From sequence record SRR20825019_1399: a stretch of DNA of 46,519 nt. One strand, written 5' to 3'. The translations under genes were made by a program, and so were the position numbers. Numbering within the stretch: position 1 is the stretch's first letter; every line of letters begins with the position of its first letter. Positions 27,272 through 36,540 of the stretch are shown here, in pieces. Below the pieces are notes generated by a model. That model saw nothing but the letters and a program-made list of their open reading frames with translations, was not told the DNA's origin and ran no database searches.

Positions 27272-30048
27272 GCGATCGCATCTCTTTCGAGTTGAACGGC
27301 GAAACCGTCGAAGCACTGTCCGGCGAAACCATCTGGCAGGTAGCGGACCGCCTCGGCACCGAGATCCCGCACCTGTGCTGGCAGCCTGAGAAAGACTATC
27401 GGGCCGACGGTAACTGCCGCGCCTGTATGGTCGAGGTAGAGGGTGAACGTACCCTCACCGCTTCCTGCGTCCGCACCCCGACGCCGGGCATGAAAGTGCA
27501 GACGGCGAGCGAACGGGCAAAAAAATCCCGCGACATGGTTTTCGAACTGCTGATCGCCGATCAGCCGGAGCGCGAGACCAGTCACGATCCGGATTCCAAA
27601 TTCTGGAACTGGGTCGATCAGATGGAAATCGGGAACGGCAGCCGATTCCCCGGAAGCGACCGCCCGAAAGCAGACATCAGCCACTCCGCGATCACGGTCA
27701 ATCTGGACGCCTGCATCAATTGCAATCTCTGCGTCCGGGCCTGCCGCGAAGTCCAGGTGAATGACGTTATCGGCATGGCCTATCGCGGGCATGGCTCGAA
27801 GGTGGTATTCGATTTCGACGAAGGCATGGGCGAGTCCACCTGTGTTGCCTGCGGCGAATGCGTCCAGGCCTGTCCCACAGGCGCGCTGATGGAAGCCAAC
27901 CTGCTCGACAAGGCTGGAACCCGGACGGAATACGCCGACCGCGTGGTCGATACGCTCTGCCCCTATTGTGGCGTCGGCTGCCAGACCAAGGTGTATGTGA
28001 AGGACGACAAGATCCTTCAGATCGATGGCCGCGATGGCCCGGCCAACAACAACCGGCTTTGCGTAAAGGGCCGCTTCGGCTTCGATTACATCCACCACCC
28101 CGACCGGCTGACCGTGCCGCTGATCCGGCGCGACGATGCGCCGAAAGCTGGCGACATGGAAATCGATCGCGGCGATATCTCGAAATATTTCCGCGAGGCG
28201 ACTTGGGAAGAGGCCCTGGAACGCGCGGCCTCCGGCCTTAAAAAGGTGATCGACCGCGATGGCGGCGACGCGCTCGCCGGTTTCGGCTCGGCAAAGTGCT
28301 CGAACGAAGAAGCCTATGTCTTCCAGAAACTGATCCGGCAGGGATTCGGCACCAACAATGTCGATCACTGCACCAGGCTCTGCCACGCCTCCTCGGTCGC
28401 GGCCCTGATGGAAGGGCTGAATTCCGGCGCCGTGACGGCTCCTTTCACTGCCGCCGAGGACAGTGACTGCATTATCGTGATCGGTGCCCGCCCGGCGGAA
28501 AACCATCCGGTCGCAGCGACGTTCCTGAAGGCTGCCGCCAAGAAGGGCACTGAGCTGATCATCATGGATCCGCGCGGCCAGAATAACGGTCTCGCCCGCC
28601 ATGCGACCAAGGTTCTGCAGTTCAAACCCGGCTCCGACGTCGCCTTGCTGAACGGCATGCTGCACACCATCGTCGAGGAAAACCTCTACGACGTTCAGTA
28701 TGTCGCCGCGAATACCGAGGGATTCGAGGCTCTGAAATCCAGCATCAAGGATTTCGCACCGGAGAAGATGGAAGAGATCTGCGGCATTCCCGCCGAGACA
28801 ATCCGCTCCGTCGCCCGGCTCTACGCCACCTCGACAGCCTCGCTGATCTTCTGGGGCATGGGCGTTTCCCAGCATATCCACGGCACGGACAATGCCCGCT
28901 GTCTGATCGCGCTGGCCCTGACAACCGGCCAGATCGGCCGCCCCGGCAGCGGTCTGCATCCACTGCGCGGCCAGAACAACGTGCAGGGCGCCTCCGACGC
29001 CGGCATGATCCCGATGGTCTTCCCGGACTACAAGTCCGTCGAAGATCCCGGTATCCGCTCAGCTTATGAGGAATTCTGGAAAACCGACCTGCCGCCGGTC
29101 AAGGGCCTCACCGTGGTCGAGATCATCGACGCCATCCTGCGCGACGAGATCAAGTCGATGTATATCCTCGGCGAAAACCCGGCCATGTCGGACCCGGACC
29201 AGAACCATGCCCGCGCGGCTCTCGCCCATCTTGAGCATCTGGTGGTGCAGGACATCTTCCTGACCGAAACCGCCTGGCATGCCGACGTGGTGCTGCCCGC
29301 CTCCGCCCATGCGGAGAAGTGGGGCACCTTCACCAACACCAACCGTCAGGTACAGATCGCCCGCCCCGTGGTCCCCGCCCCGGGTCAGGCCCGGCAGGAC
29401 TGGGAGCTTGTGCAGGAACTGGCACAGCGCATCGGGCTGGACTGGGACTACAAACACCCCTCCGACATCTTCACCGAGATGACGGAGATCATGCCGTCCC
29501 TGAAGAACATCACCTGGGAACGGCTGGAGCGCGAAGAAGCGGTCACCTATCCCTGTGATGCGCCGGACAAGCCCGGAAACGACATCATCTTCGGCGACCG
29601 GTTCCCGACAGAGTCCGGCCGCGCGAAGATCGTTCCGGCTCAGGTCACGGCACCGGCTGAACTGCCGGATGCGGATTATCCGATGATCCTGACCACGGGA
29701 CGTCTGCTCGAGCATTGGCATACGGGCAGCATGACCCGGCGGTCATCGACGCTGGATGCCCTGGAGCCGGAAGCCATTGTTGGCCTCAATCGCTGGGACA
29801 TGAAGCGAATGGAAGTGCAGGCTGGCGACTATGTCCAGGTCACGACCCGGCGCGGCACGATTGCCCTGAAAGCCCGGCAGGATGTGGACGTGCCTGAAGG
29901 CATGATCTTCATCCCGTTCTGCTTCGCAGAGGCAGCCGCCAACCTGCTGACCAATCCGCAACTCGACCCGATGGGCAAGATTCCGGAGTTCAAGTTCTGC
30001 GCGGCCAAGATCGAAGCCGTGCGGGAAAGCGTGGAAGCCGCGGAATAA
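27268..30048 (+). CDS. fdhF: Formate dehydrogenase alpha subunit (Mo/W-bis-PGD, Cys ligand)
   Basis: NuoG-like Fe-S N-terminus (GNCRAC, CINCNLC, CVACGEC, CPYCGVGC); NNVDHCTRLCH active site; PLRGQNNVQG; KIPEFK. ATGA overlap with the beta subunit. Confidence 0.93.
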   Translation: MSDRISFELNGETVEALSGETIWQVADRLGTEIPHLCWQPEKDYRADGNCRACMVEVEGERTLTASCVRTPTPGMKVQTASERAKKSRDMVFELLIADQPERETSHDPDSKFWNWVDQMEIGNGSRFPGSDRPKADISHSAITVNLDACINCNLCVRACREVQVNDVIGMAYRGHGSKVVFDFDEGMGESTCVACGECVQACPTGALMEANLLDKAGTRTEYADRVVDTLCPYCGVGCQTKVYVKDDKILQIDGRDGPANNNRLCVKGRFGFDYIHHPDRLTVPLIRRDDAPKAGDMEIDRGDISKYFREATWEEALERAASGLKKVIDRDGGDALAGFGSAKCSNEEAYVFQKLIRQGFGTNNVDHCTRLCHASSVAALMEGLNSGAVTAPFTAAEDSDCIIVIGARPAENHPVAATFLKAAAKKGTELIIMDPRGQNNGLARHATKVLQFKPGSDVALLNGMLHTIVEENLYDVQYVAANTEGFEALKSSIKDFAPEKMEEICGIPAETIRSVARLYATSTASLIFWGMGVSQHIHGTDNARCLIALALTTGQIGRPGSGLHPLRGQNNVQGASDAGMIPMVFPDYKSVEDPGIRSAYEEFWKTDLPPVKGLTVVEIIDAILRDEIKSMYILGENPAMSDPDQNHARAALAHLEHLVVQDIFLTETAWHADVVLPASAHAEKWGTFTNTNRQVQIARPVVPAPGQARQDWELVQELAQRIGLDWDYKHPSDIFTEMTEIMPSLKNITWERLEREEAVTYPCDAPDKPGNDIIFGDRFPTESGRAKIVPAQVTAPAELPDADYPMILTTGRLLEHWHTGSMTRRSSTLDALEPEAIVGLNRWDMKRMEVQAGDYVQVTTRRGTIALKARQDVDVPEGMIFIPFCFAEAAANLLTNPQLDPMGKIPEFKFCAAKIEAVRESVEAAE

Positions 30049-30067
30049 GCGGCCATGGGAGGAATGA

Positions 30068-30889
30068 ATGGCAATAAAGGATCTGGCCGTTGCCTATAAT
30101 GGCACGGCTAACAGTCATGCTGCGCTCCGTCTTGCGGTCCGCATGGCTGCCAAATACGGCGCCTCCATCACCGGGTTGCATGTAAATCCGCCGCTCAATC
30201 TGGATAACCAGACCCGCCAATGGATACCGGACAGCATCCTTGAAACCTTGCAAAAGGCGGAGCAGGACAGCGTCTCCGGCATCAAGGCGCAGTTCCGCGA
30301 GGAACTGGCTGCCCTCGGCCACACCAGCAAGGGAGACTGGATCGCCGAACAGGGAGAGCCGAACCGGGTTCTGGCAAAAGGCGCACGGTATTTCGACATC
30401 CTGCTGGTCGGCCAATTCACCGCGTCAAACGGGGTGAAGGCGGAAATCCGTCCGGAAGACATCGTGCTGCTCTCCGGCAAGCCCGTGATTGTCGTGCCGA
30501 AGAAATATGCAGACCGGCCCTTCAATGAGTTTGCCGTCGTTGCCTGGGACGGCAGCCGCCCGGCCGCCCGCGCCCTGACCGATGCCATGCAGATCCTGGA
30601 GACCAAAAGCCGGATCGATATCGTCACCGTGGTCCCGAAAGACACCCCGCCCGATTGCGGCCATGACATCCTCCGCCATCTTCGGCGCCATGGAATCGAT
30701 GCCCGGCAGGTTGTGCTGCCGGATAGCGGCGGCATCGCAAATACGATCCTGACGCATTGCGGCAAGACCGACCCCGATATCCTGGTCATGGGCGCCTATA
30801 GCCGGACCCGTATCCGGGAGGATATTTTTGGCGGAACTACGCGGGATGTTTTGGAAAATCTGACCGTACCGGTCCTGATGGCCCACTGA
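30068..30889 (+). CDS. Tandem universal stress protein (USP)
   Basis: KDLAVAYNG, VVAWDGSRPAARA, DILVMGAYSR..FGGTT..VL...VPVLMAH. GGAGG RBS. Confidence 0.92.
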   Translation: MAIKDLAVAYNGTANSHAALRLAVRMAAKYGASITGLHVNPPLNLDNQTRQWIPDSILETLQKAEQDSVSGIKAQFREELAALGHTSKGDWIAEQGEPNRVLAKGARYFDILLVGQFTASNGVKAEIRPEDIVLLSGKPVIVVPKKYADRPFNEFAVVAWDGSRPAARALTDAMQILETKSRIDIVTVVPKDTPPDCGHDILRHLRRHGIDARQVVLPDSGGIANTILTHCGKTDPDILVMGAYSRTRIREDIFGGTTRDVLENLTVPVLMAH

Positions 30890-31087
30890 TTCACAAAAAG
30901 CGCGTCACGAAAGAGTCAAATTCCGCCCTGGACCGCGACTCTTTCCTTTCAACGACGCATTTCTTTGAGTAAACACCATCCGACCCCGTTGGACCTTTTC
31001 GCAGGTGCAACAACCAAACGGTGCCGATACCACGGGCGCGGGTGCCCTGGATGCGAGGCACCGGAACCATGACTCGGAGAGCGGATC

Positions 31088-33772
31088 TTGGCTAAGTGGG
31101 TGTACAATTTCGGAGCAGGCAAGGCCGACGGTTCGGCCAAATTGCGGGAGCTGCTGGGTGGCAAGGGCGCTAATTTGGCCGAGATGGCCAATCTCGGGCT
31201 GCCTGTCCCCCCGGGCTTTACGATCTCGACCGAGGTCTGCACGCATTATTACGCCAACGGCCGAACTTATCCGAGCGATCTTGCCGATCAGGTGGAAGCC
31301 GGTCTGAAGGCCGTTGAAGAGACCCTCGGACGCGGCTTCGGCTCCACCGAAAAACCGCTTCTGGTTTCCGTCCGCTCCGGTGCCCGTGCGTCCATGCCCG
31401 GAATGATGGACACAGTCCTCAATCTCGGCCTGAACGACACCACCGTCGCCGCCCTCGCCCGCGAAACCAGCGACGAGCGTTTCGCCTATGACAGCTTCCG
31501 CCGCTTCATCCAGATGTACAGCGACGTCGTGCTGGAAGTAGAGCACTACAATTTCGAGGAAATCCTCGAAGAATATAAAGAACTCAAGGATTACAGCCTC
31601 GATACGGAAATGTCGGCGGACGACTGGAAGACCATCGTCACCGAATACAAGGCGCGGGTGAAAGAGGTCCTGGGCCGGGATTTCCCGGAAGACCCGAAGG
31701 AACAGCTCTGGGGTGCGATCAGCGCCGTGTTCGGATCCTGGATGAACCAGCGTGCGAACACCTACCGCCGCCTGCATGACATTCCCGAATCCTGGGGCAC
31801 CGCCGTTTCCGTGCAGAGCATGGTTTTCGGCAATATGGGTGACGACTGCTCGACCGGCGTCTGTTTCTCCCGCAATCCCTCGACCGGCGACAACCGTTTC
31901 TATGGTGAATTCCTGGTCAACGCCCAGGGCGAGGACGTGGTCGCCGGCATTCGTACGCCGCAACCGCTCACCATCGCCGAACGTGAGGAAGGCGGCGGGG
32001 ATCTTGCCTCCATGGAAGAGGTCCAGCCGGACGTCTACAAGGAACTGGTAGCGATCCGGGACAAGCTGGAAGCCCATTATTGCGACATGCAGGACATGGA
32101 ATTCACGGTTCAGCAGAACCGGCTCTGGATCCTGCAGACCCGAAACGGCAAGCGCACGGCCGCGGCTGCTCTGAAGATTGCCTGCGACCTGGTGCGTGAA
32201 GGCCTTATCGACAAGCGCGAAGCCGTGCGCCGTATCGATCCGGCCCAGCTCGACCAGCTGCTGCATCCGACCCTGGACCCGAGTGCGACACGCGATGTGG
32301 TCGGCCGTGGCCTGCCTGCCTCTCCCGGCGCCGCCAGCGGTCAGATCGTGTTCACCGCCGAGGAAGCGGAAGAATGGGTCAAGGCCGGCAAGAAGGTCAT
32401 CCTGGTTCGTAACGAGACCAGCCCCGAGGATATCGGCGGCATGCACGTGGCCGAGGGCATCCTGACCACACGCGGCGGCATGACCTCCCACGCGGCCGTT
32501 GTGGCACGCGGCATGGGCACGCCCTGCGTTTCCGGTGCGGGCGAGATCAAGGTCGATGGCAAGAACAAGGTGATGCTGGCTGGAGGGCGCGAGTTCGCCG
32601 AAGGCGACATCATCACCCTGGACGGCACCACCGGCGAGGTGATGAAGGGCGAAGTCGCCACCATCAAGCCCGAGCTGACCGGCGATTTCGGCGAGCTGAT
32701 GGGCTGGGTGGACGAGTTCCGCACCCTCGGTGTCCGGGCCAATGCGGAAACCCCGCTGGATGCCCAGACCGCCGTCGATTTCGGTGCCGAAGGTATCGGC
32801 CTGTCGCGAACCGAGCACATGTTCTTCGATCCGGAGCGGATCGTGCACATGCGCGAGATGATCCTGGCCCGCGACCCGGAAGCCCGCCGCGCCGCCATTA
32901 CCAAGCTGCTGCCCTATCAGCGTGACGACTTCACCGCCCTGTTCCGCATCATGAACGGCCTGCCGGCGACCATCCGCCTGCTCGATCCGCCGCTGAACGA
33001 ATTCCTGCCGCACACGGACGAGGAAATGCAGGCTGTGGCTGATGCCGCCGGCGTCTCGCTGCGTGCCCTGCAGATCAGGAAAGCGGAACTGGACGAAGCC
33101 AACCCGATGCTGGGTCATCGCGGTTGCCGTCTCGCCGTGACCTACCCGGAACTCTGCGAAATGCAGGCCCGGGCCATCTTCGAAGCCGTTGTCGCGGTGA
33201 AGAAGGAAGGTATCAAGGCCATTCCGGAAGTGATGATCCCTCTGGTCGGCACCAAGGCCGAAATGGACGATCAGGCCGTTATCGTCCGCCGCATCGCCGC
33301 CGCGGTGAAAGAGGAAACCGGCGAAGAGTTCGAATATATGGTCGGCACCATGATCGAATTGCCCCGCGCCTGCATAGTCGCGGACGAGATCGCGGAAACA
33401 GCCGAATTCTTCAGCTTCGGTACGAACGATCTGACGCAAACCACCTTTGGCTTCTCTCGGGACGATGCAGGCTCCTTCATCGAAGAATATCTGCAACGCG
33501 GCCTGCTGCCAGCCGACCCCTTCATCACCATCGACAGGGACGGCGTCGGCGCCCTCGTGCGCATGGGCGCAGAGAAGGGCAAGAAGACCCGCCCGGATCT
33601 GAAGATGGGGATCTGCGGCGAGCATGGCGGCGACCCGCAATCGGTCCGTTTCTGCCATGAGGTCGGTCTGACCTACGTCTCCTGCTCTCCCTACCGGGTG
33701 CCGATCGCACGGCTCGCGGCGGCACAGGCAGCCATTGACGAGTCTGACGACAAGCGCAAACAAGACGCTTGA
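31088..33772 (+). CDS. ppdK: Pyruvate phosphate dikinase (TTG start)
   Basis: LLGGKGANLAEM, PLLVSVRSGA, phospho-His GGMTSHAAVVAR, SFGTNDLTQ, GICGEHGGDP. Confidence 0.98.
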   Translation: MAKWVYNFGAGKADGSAKLRELLGGKGANLAEMANLGLPVPPGFTISTEVCTHYYANGRTYPSDLADQVEAGLKAVEETLGRGFGSTEKPLLVSVRSGARASMPGMMDTVLNLGLNDTTVAALARETSDERFAYDSFRRFIQMYSDVVLEVEHYNFEEILEEYKELKDYSLDTEMSADDWKTIVTEYKARVKEVLGRDFPEDPKEQLWGAISAVFGSWMNQRANTYRRLHDIPESWGTAVSVQSMVFGNMGDDCSTGVCFSRNPSTGDNRFYGEFLVNAQGEDVVAGIRTPQPLTIAEREEGGGDLASMEEVQPDVYKELVAIRDKLEAHYCDMQDMEFTVQQNRLWILQTRNGKRTAAAALKIACDLVREGLIDKREAVRRIDPAQLDQLLHPTLDPSATRDVVGRGLPASPGAASGQIVFTAEEAEEWVKAGKKVILVRNETSPEDIGGMHVAEGILTTRGGMTSHAAVVARGMGTPCVSGAGEIKVDGKNKVMLAGGREFAEGDIITLDGTTGEVMKGEVATIKPELTGDFGELMGWVDEFRTLGVRANAETPLDAQTAVDFGAEGIGLSRTEHMFFDPERIVHMREMILARDPEARRAAITKLLPYQRDDFTALFRIMNGLPATIRLLDPPLNEFLPHTDEEMQAVADAAGVSLRALQIRKAELDEANPMLGHRGCRLAVTYPELCEMQARAIFEAVVAVKKEGIKAIPEVMIPLVGTKAEMDDQAVIVRRIAAAVKEETGEEFEYMVGTMIELPRACIVADEIAETAEFFSFGTNDLTQTTFGFSRDDAGSFIEEYLQRGLLPADPFITIDRDGVGALVRMGAEKGKKTRPDLKMGICGEHGGDPQSVRFCHEVGLTYVSCSPYRVPIARLAAAQAAIDESDDKRKQDA

Positions 33773-33790
33773 TCAGCTCTTTCCAAAGAC

Positions 33791-33819
33791 AGAAACGCCG
33801 CCTTCATGGCGGCGTTTCT
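33791..33819. terminator. Rho-independent terminator after ppdK
   Basis: AGAAACGCCGCC-TTCAT-GGCGGCGTTTCT, between convergent genes. Confidence 0.8.
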
Positions 33820-33845
33820 CGTTTCAGGACTCACGCGAAAGACTT

Positions 33846-34184
33846 CTAACGCGTTGCGCAACGGTATCTGTTTCCGTTGACGACCTCATAATAACCAAAG
33901 ACGTGATAGGTATATTGGCCGGTCGTCACCTGAATATGGTTGTTCGTTCGTCCATTCAGGCACGGCGTGCCGCTCTGATGAAGCCTTGTCGTTATCGTGC
34001 AGGTTCCGGCGTTGTAGGCATTTGTCAGATTGCCGTATCTGGTTTGGCTGGGCCAGACCTCCTGCTCGACAGGGAGACCTGCCGCATGCGGGCCGACGAC
34101 ACAGGCCGCAACGGCTTTATTCGACGCTCCAGCAAAACACACGCCCACAAGGCCAAGCACCAGAGCAATGGAGAAAGCTTTCAT
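33846..34184 (-). CDS. Hypothetical secreted protein with four Cys in the mature region
   Basis: AAGGGAG RBS 7 nt before the ATG. Sec-type signal MKAFSIALVLGLVGVCFAGASNKAVA. No overlap with known genes; ends next to the ppdK terminator. Confidence 0.7.
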   Translation of the reverse strand: MKAFSIALVLGLVGVCFAGASNKAVAACVVGPHAAGLPVEQEVWPSQTRYGNLTNAYNAGTCTITTRLHQSGTPCLNGRTNNHIQVTTGQYTYHVFGYYEVVNGNRYRCATR

Positions 34185-34295
34185 GACAATACTCCCTTCT
34201 TTTCATAATCAGGATATTGTCTGGACGCTTCCTCACCCGGTTTTGTGAGCCGGGTGAGGTAAATTTTCGATGCATGCAGCCGTCAAACGCCGGAA

Positions 34296-34415
34296 CTAGG
34301 CCGCTTCCTGTGCCGCTTCACGCATCAGGTCCGGATGTTGGGTCAAGAAATAGGCCAATGCCACAAGCGGAGCGATGGCCCCTCCCCAGACAACGGCAGG
34401 CCAGCGGAAATCGAC
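34296..34415 (-). pseudogene. Possible C-terminal remnant of a membrane (MFS-like) transporter gene
   Basis: VDFRWPAVVWGGAIAPLVALAYFLTQHPDLMREAAQEAA* resembles a final TM helix plus tail with host-like codons. The upstream frame is not protein-like. Confidence 0.3.
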
Positions 34416-34816
34416 GGCTCCTCGACAGAACCGGACCGGGGGACCGACGTCAAAACGGATTCCAGACTTTTGCTTTATTTGCCTTCCGGTTACGGAGGGC
34501 ACTGGCGGGAGATCGGCGGGCACCCGAAAGCAATCAACAAGCCCGTTTGGAAACAGATATGTTTCCCTGGCGAGTTTGAGCCCACTTAAGCATTTCATCA
34601 TGCGGAATGCCCCGCGCGACAGCCCGCTGATCGCAGCGTTAGGCAATTTTTGACGCTCTATACGCCTTCTGTATCGACCATCCACCCGGCCACAGGGATG
34701 TCTTTTGGATTGATCATCCCTTTCGTCACCTGCATCCTCGCACCAGTCGTGTCCTGCGGCTCACAATTGATGCGGGCGTCCTGCTCGCCTCTCTTCAATT
34801 CAATGGGGGAATTTCG

Positions 34817-36424
34817 ATGGGTGTCGCCGTCTATTCACATGGCCGTCCGACAGTGCGTGCGGTCGGCGGAATGGTCTCATCCGCCCATCCGCTGGCCTCG
34901 GCAGCAGGAACCAAGATGCTGGAAGCCGGCGGTAACGCATTCGATGCCATCGTTGCCACCGCTGCGGTTCTCAACGTTGCCGAGCCGTTCATGTCCGGCC
35001 TTGCCGGTCTCGGCTGCGCAACAGTGTTCAAAGCGAAAGAAGGCAAAGTCCGCGTTCTCGATTTTCACCCGCCGGTGCCGGCCGCCTTCGATGCCGCTAA
35101 ACTGACGAGCCAAGATATCCTGGACGGGGCGAATGCGAGCGGAACGCCGGGCAATCTCGCCGGTTGGTGCACGCTGGCTTCCGAACTCGGCACACTCCCG
35201 TTGAGCACGCTTCTGGCGCCAGCGATCAAGCATGCGCAGCAAGGTATCCCGGTCTCGTCATTCTTTGTCGAGATGGTGGAGGTCAGCCGTCCGAGGGCGA
35301 TGCAGCCGGAATGGCTCTCGACCTATGTCGATCCAACCAATAATGCCACCCTCAATGCGGTCCTGAAGCAGCCCGATCTTGCGGAAACCCTGGAGGCCAT
35401 CGCAGCCGAGGGGCCTTCCTATCTCTATGACGGCCCGCTCGGGCGAAAGATGATCGCGCATCTCCGCGCGCTTGGTGGTTGCATGAGCGAAGACGATCTC
35501 GCCGCCGTCGCGCCGGTCTGGGAAGACCCGGTGGTCACGAATTACCGGGGGCTCGACATTCACGTGCCGCCGCCGCCTGCCGAATCCTTTCAATTCCTGC
35601 TGACCATGAAGTTGCTCGAAGGTCTTGATATAGGGACCAGGGAGCATCTTTCGGCGGATCATCTGGATATGGTTTTCCGGGCGGTCCGCCTGGCGGCGGA
35701 AACCCGCATCCGCAACAACAAGTGCAGTCCGGAACGGGTGGCAGAGCTCCTCGGCGAGCGCCACATCGCGCCACTACGCGATCTCCTCCTCGCCCCGGCA
35801 CCGATCATCGGGCGCACGGAGCAATTCGGCGACGGTCCTCTTCCCGGGGGCGCGGAATTGCGTGAACACACAACATCCTTTTCCGCCATCGACCGTGACG
35901 GCAACGCGGTGTGCCTGACCCAAAGCCTCGGGTCCATGTTCGGCTCCGGTGTCGTCATTCCGGGAACGGGCGTGACCATGAACAACTTCATGAACTGGGG
36001 CGATCTTCACCCGGACTCTCCGAACCGTCTTGTCGGCGGGCAGCGTTTCGGGATGTGCCTCGCCCCCTCCATCTCGCTCGACCAGGACGGCGAGGCCGTG
36101 CTCGCGCTTGGCACCCCCGGAAGCTACGGCATCCTGCAAACCCAGGCGCAAGCCATGGTTCATCATCTCGATTTCGGTCTCGAACTTCAGGCCGCGATCG
36201 ACGCGCCTCGCGCCCGGCTTTGGGACGGCGCCAAGGTCAACCTCGAAGCGCGTGTGGAAGAACCAGTGATCGCGGAGTTGAAACGGCGTGGCCATGAAAT
36301 TGAGATGACAACGCCTTTTTCCATGCAGTGCGGCGGCATGCATGCAATCCGCCGCGACCCGAAAAGCGGCGCCCTCTCAGGTGCCGCGGATTCGCGCCGG
36401 GACGGAGCGGCCATTGCAATCTGA
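34817..36424 (+). CDS. Gamma-glutamyltransferase-family Ntn hydrolase, cytoplasmic
   Basis: GGNAFDA, EPFMSGLAG, LKQPDLAETL, autocleavage Thr in EHTTSFSAIDRDGNAV, GAADSRRDG. No signal peptide. Confidence 0.9.
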   Translation: MGVAVYSHGRPTVRAVGGMVSSAHPLASAAGTKMLEAGGNAFDAIVATAAVLNVAEPFMSGLAGLGCATVFKAKEGKVRVLDFHPPVPAAFDAAKLTSQDILDGANASGTPGNLAGWCTLASELGTLPLSTLLAPAIKHAQQGIPVSSFFVEMVEVSRPRAMQPEWLSTYVDPTNNATLNAVLKQPDLAETLEAIAAEGPSYLYDGPLGRKMIAHLRALGGCMSEDDLAAVAPVWEDPVVTNYRGLDIHVPPPPAESFQFLLTMKLLEGLDIGTREHLSADHLDMVFRAVRLAAETRIRNNKCSPERVAELLGERHIAPLRDLLLAPAPIIGRTEQFGDGPLPGGAELREHTTSFSAIDRDGNAVCLTQSLGSMFGSGVVIPGTGVTMNNFMNWGDLHPDSPNRLVGGQRFGMCLAPSISLDQDGEAVLALGTPGSYGILQTQAQAMVHHLDFGLELQAAIDAPRARLWDGAKVNLEARVEEPVIAELKRRGHEIEMTTPFSMQCGGMHAIRRDPKSGALSGAADSRRDGAAIAI

Positions 36425-36540
36425 AGATCTCTCTCGGTAAGACAGGCCTGCCGTTCGCCCCAAAAGACTTTCCCGCCTGTCCCTGTGTGGAACCCTGAAA
36501 GGTTTCCCGGGACAGGTGCGACTGGCTCCCTGAAAGCCTC

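Noticed and set aside
27268..30048. Possible selenocysteine FDH or recoding
   Set aside because: The active-site residue is TGC (Cys) and the frame has no internal TGA.
30905..33763. 952-aa antisense ORF over ppdK, and similar long antisense ORFs (26896-28959, 7139-8611, 41138-42358)
   Set aside because: Shadow frames of high-GC genes with strong codon bias. They have no recognisable motifs and fully overlap well-supported genes.
20824..34250. Shared 12-mer GCTCACAAAACC (20824-20835; reverse complement at 34239-34250) upstream of two exported-protein genes
   Set aside because: A few 12-mer matches are expected by chance among the intergenic DNA, and the second copy is explained by a hairpin.
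34505..34570. Glycine-riboswitch-like words (CGGGAGA..CCGAA..GCAA..GGAAAC)
   Set aside because: Lacks the GGAGAG, CCGAAGG and CUCUCAGG core in the proper arrangement. Retained only as a generic structured region.
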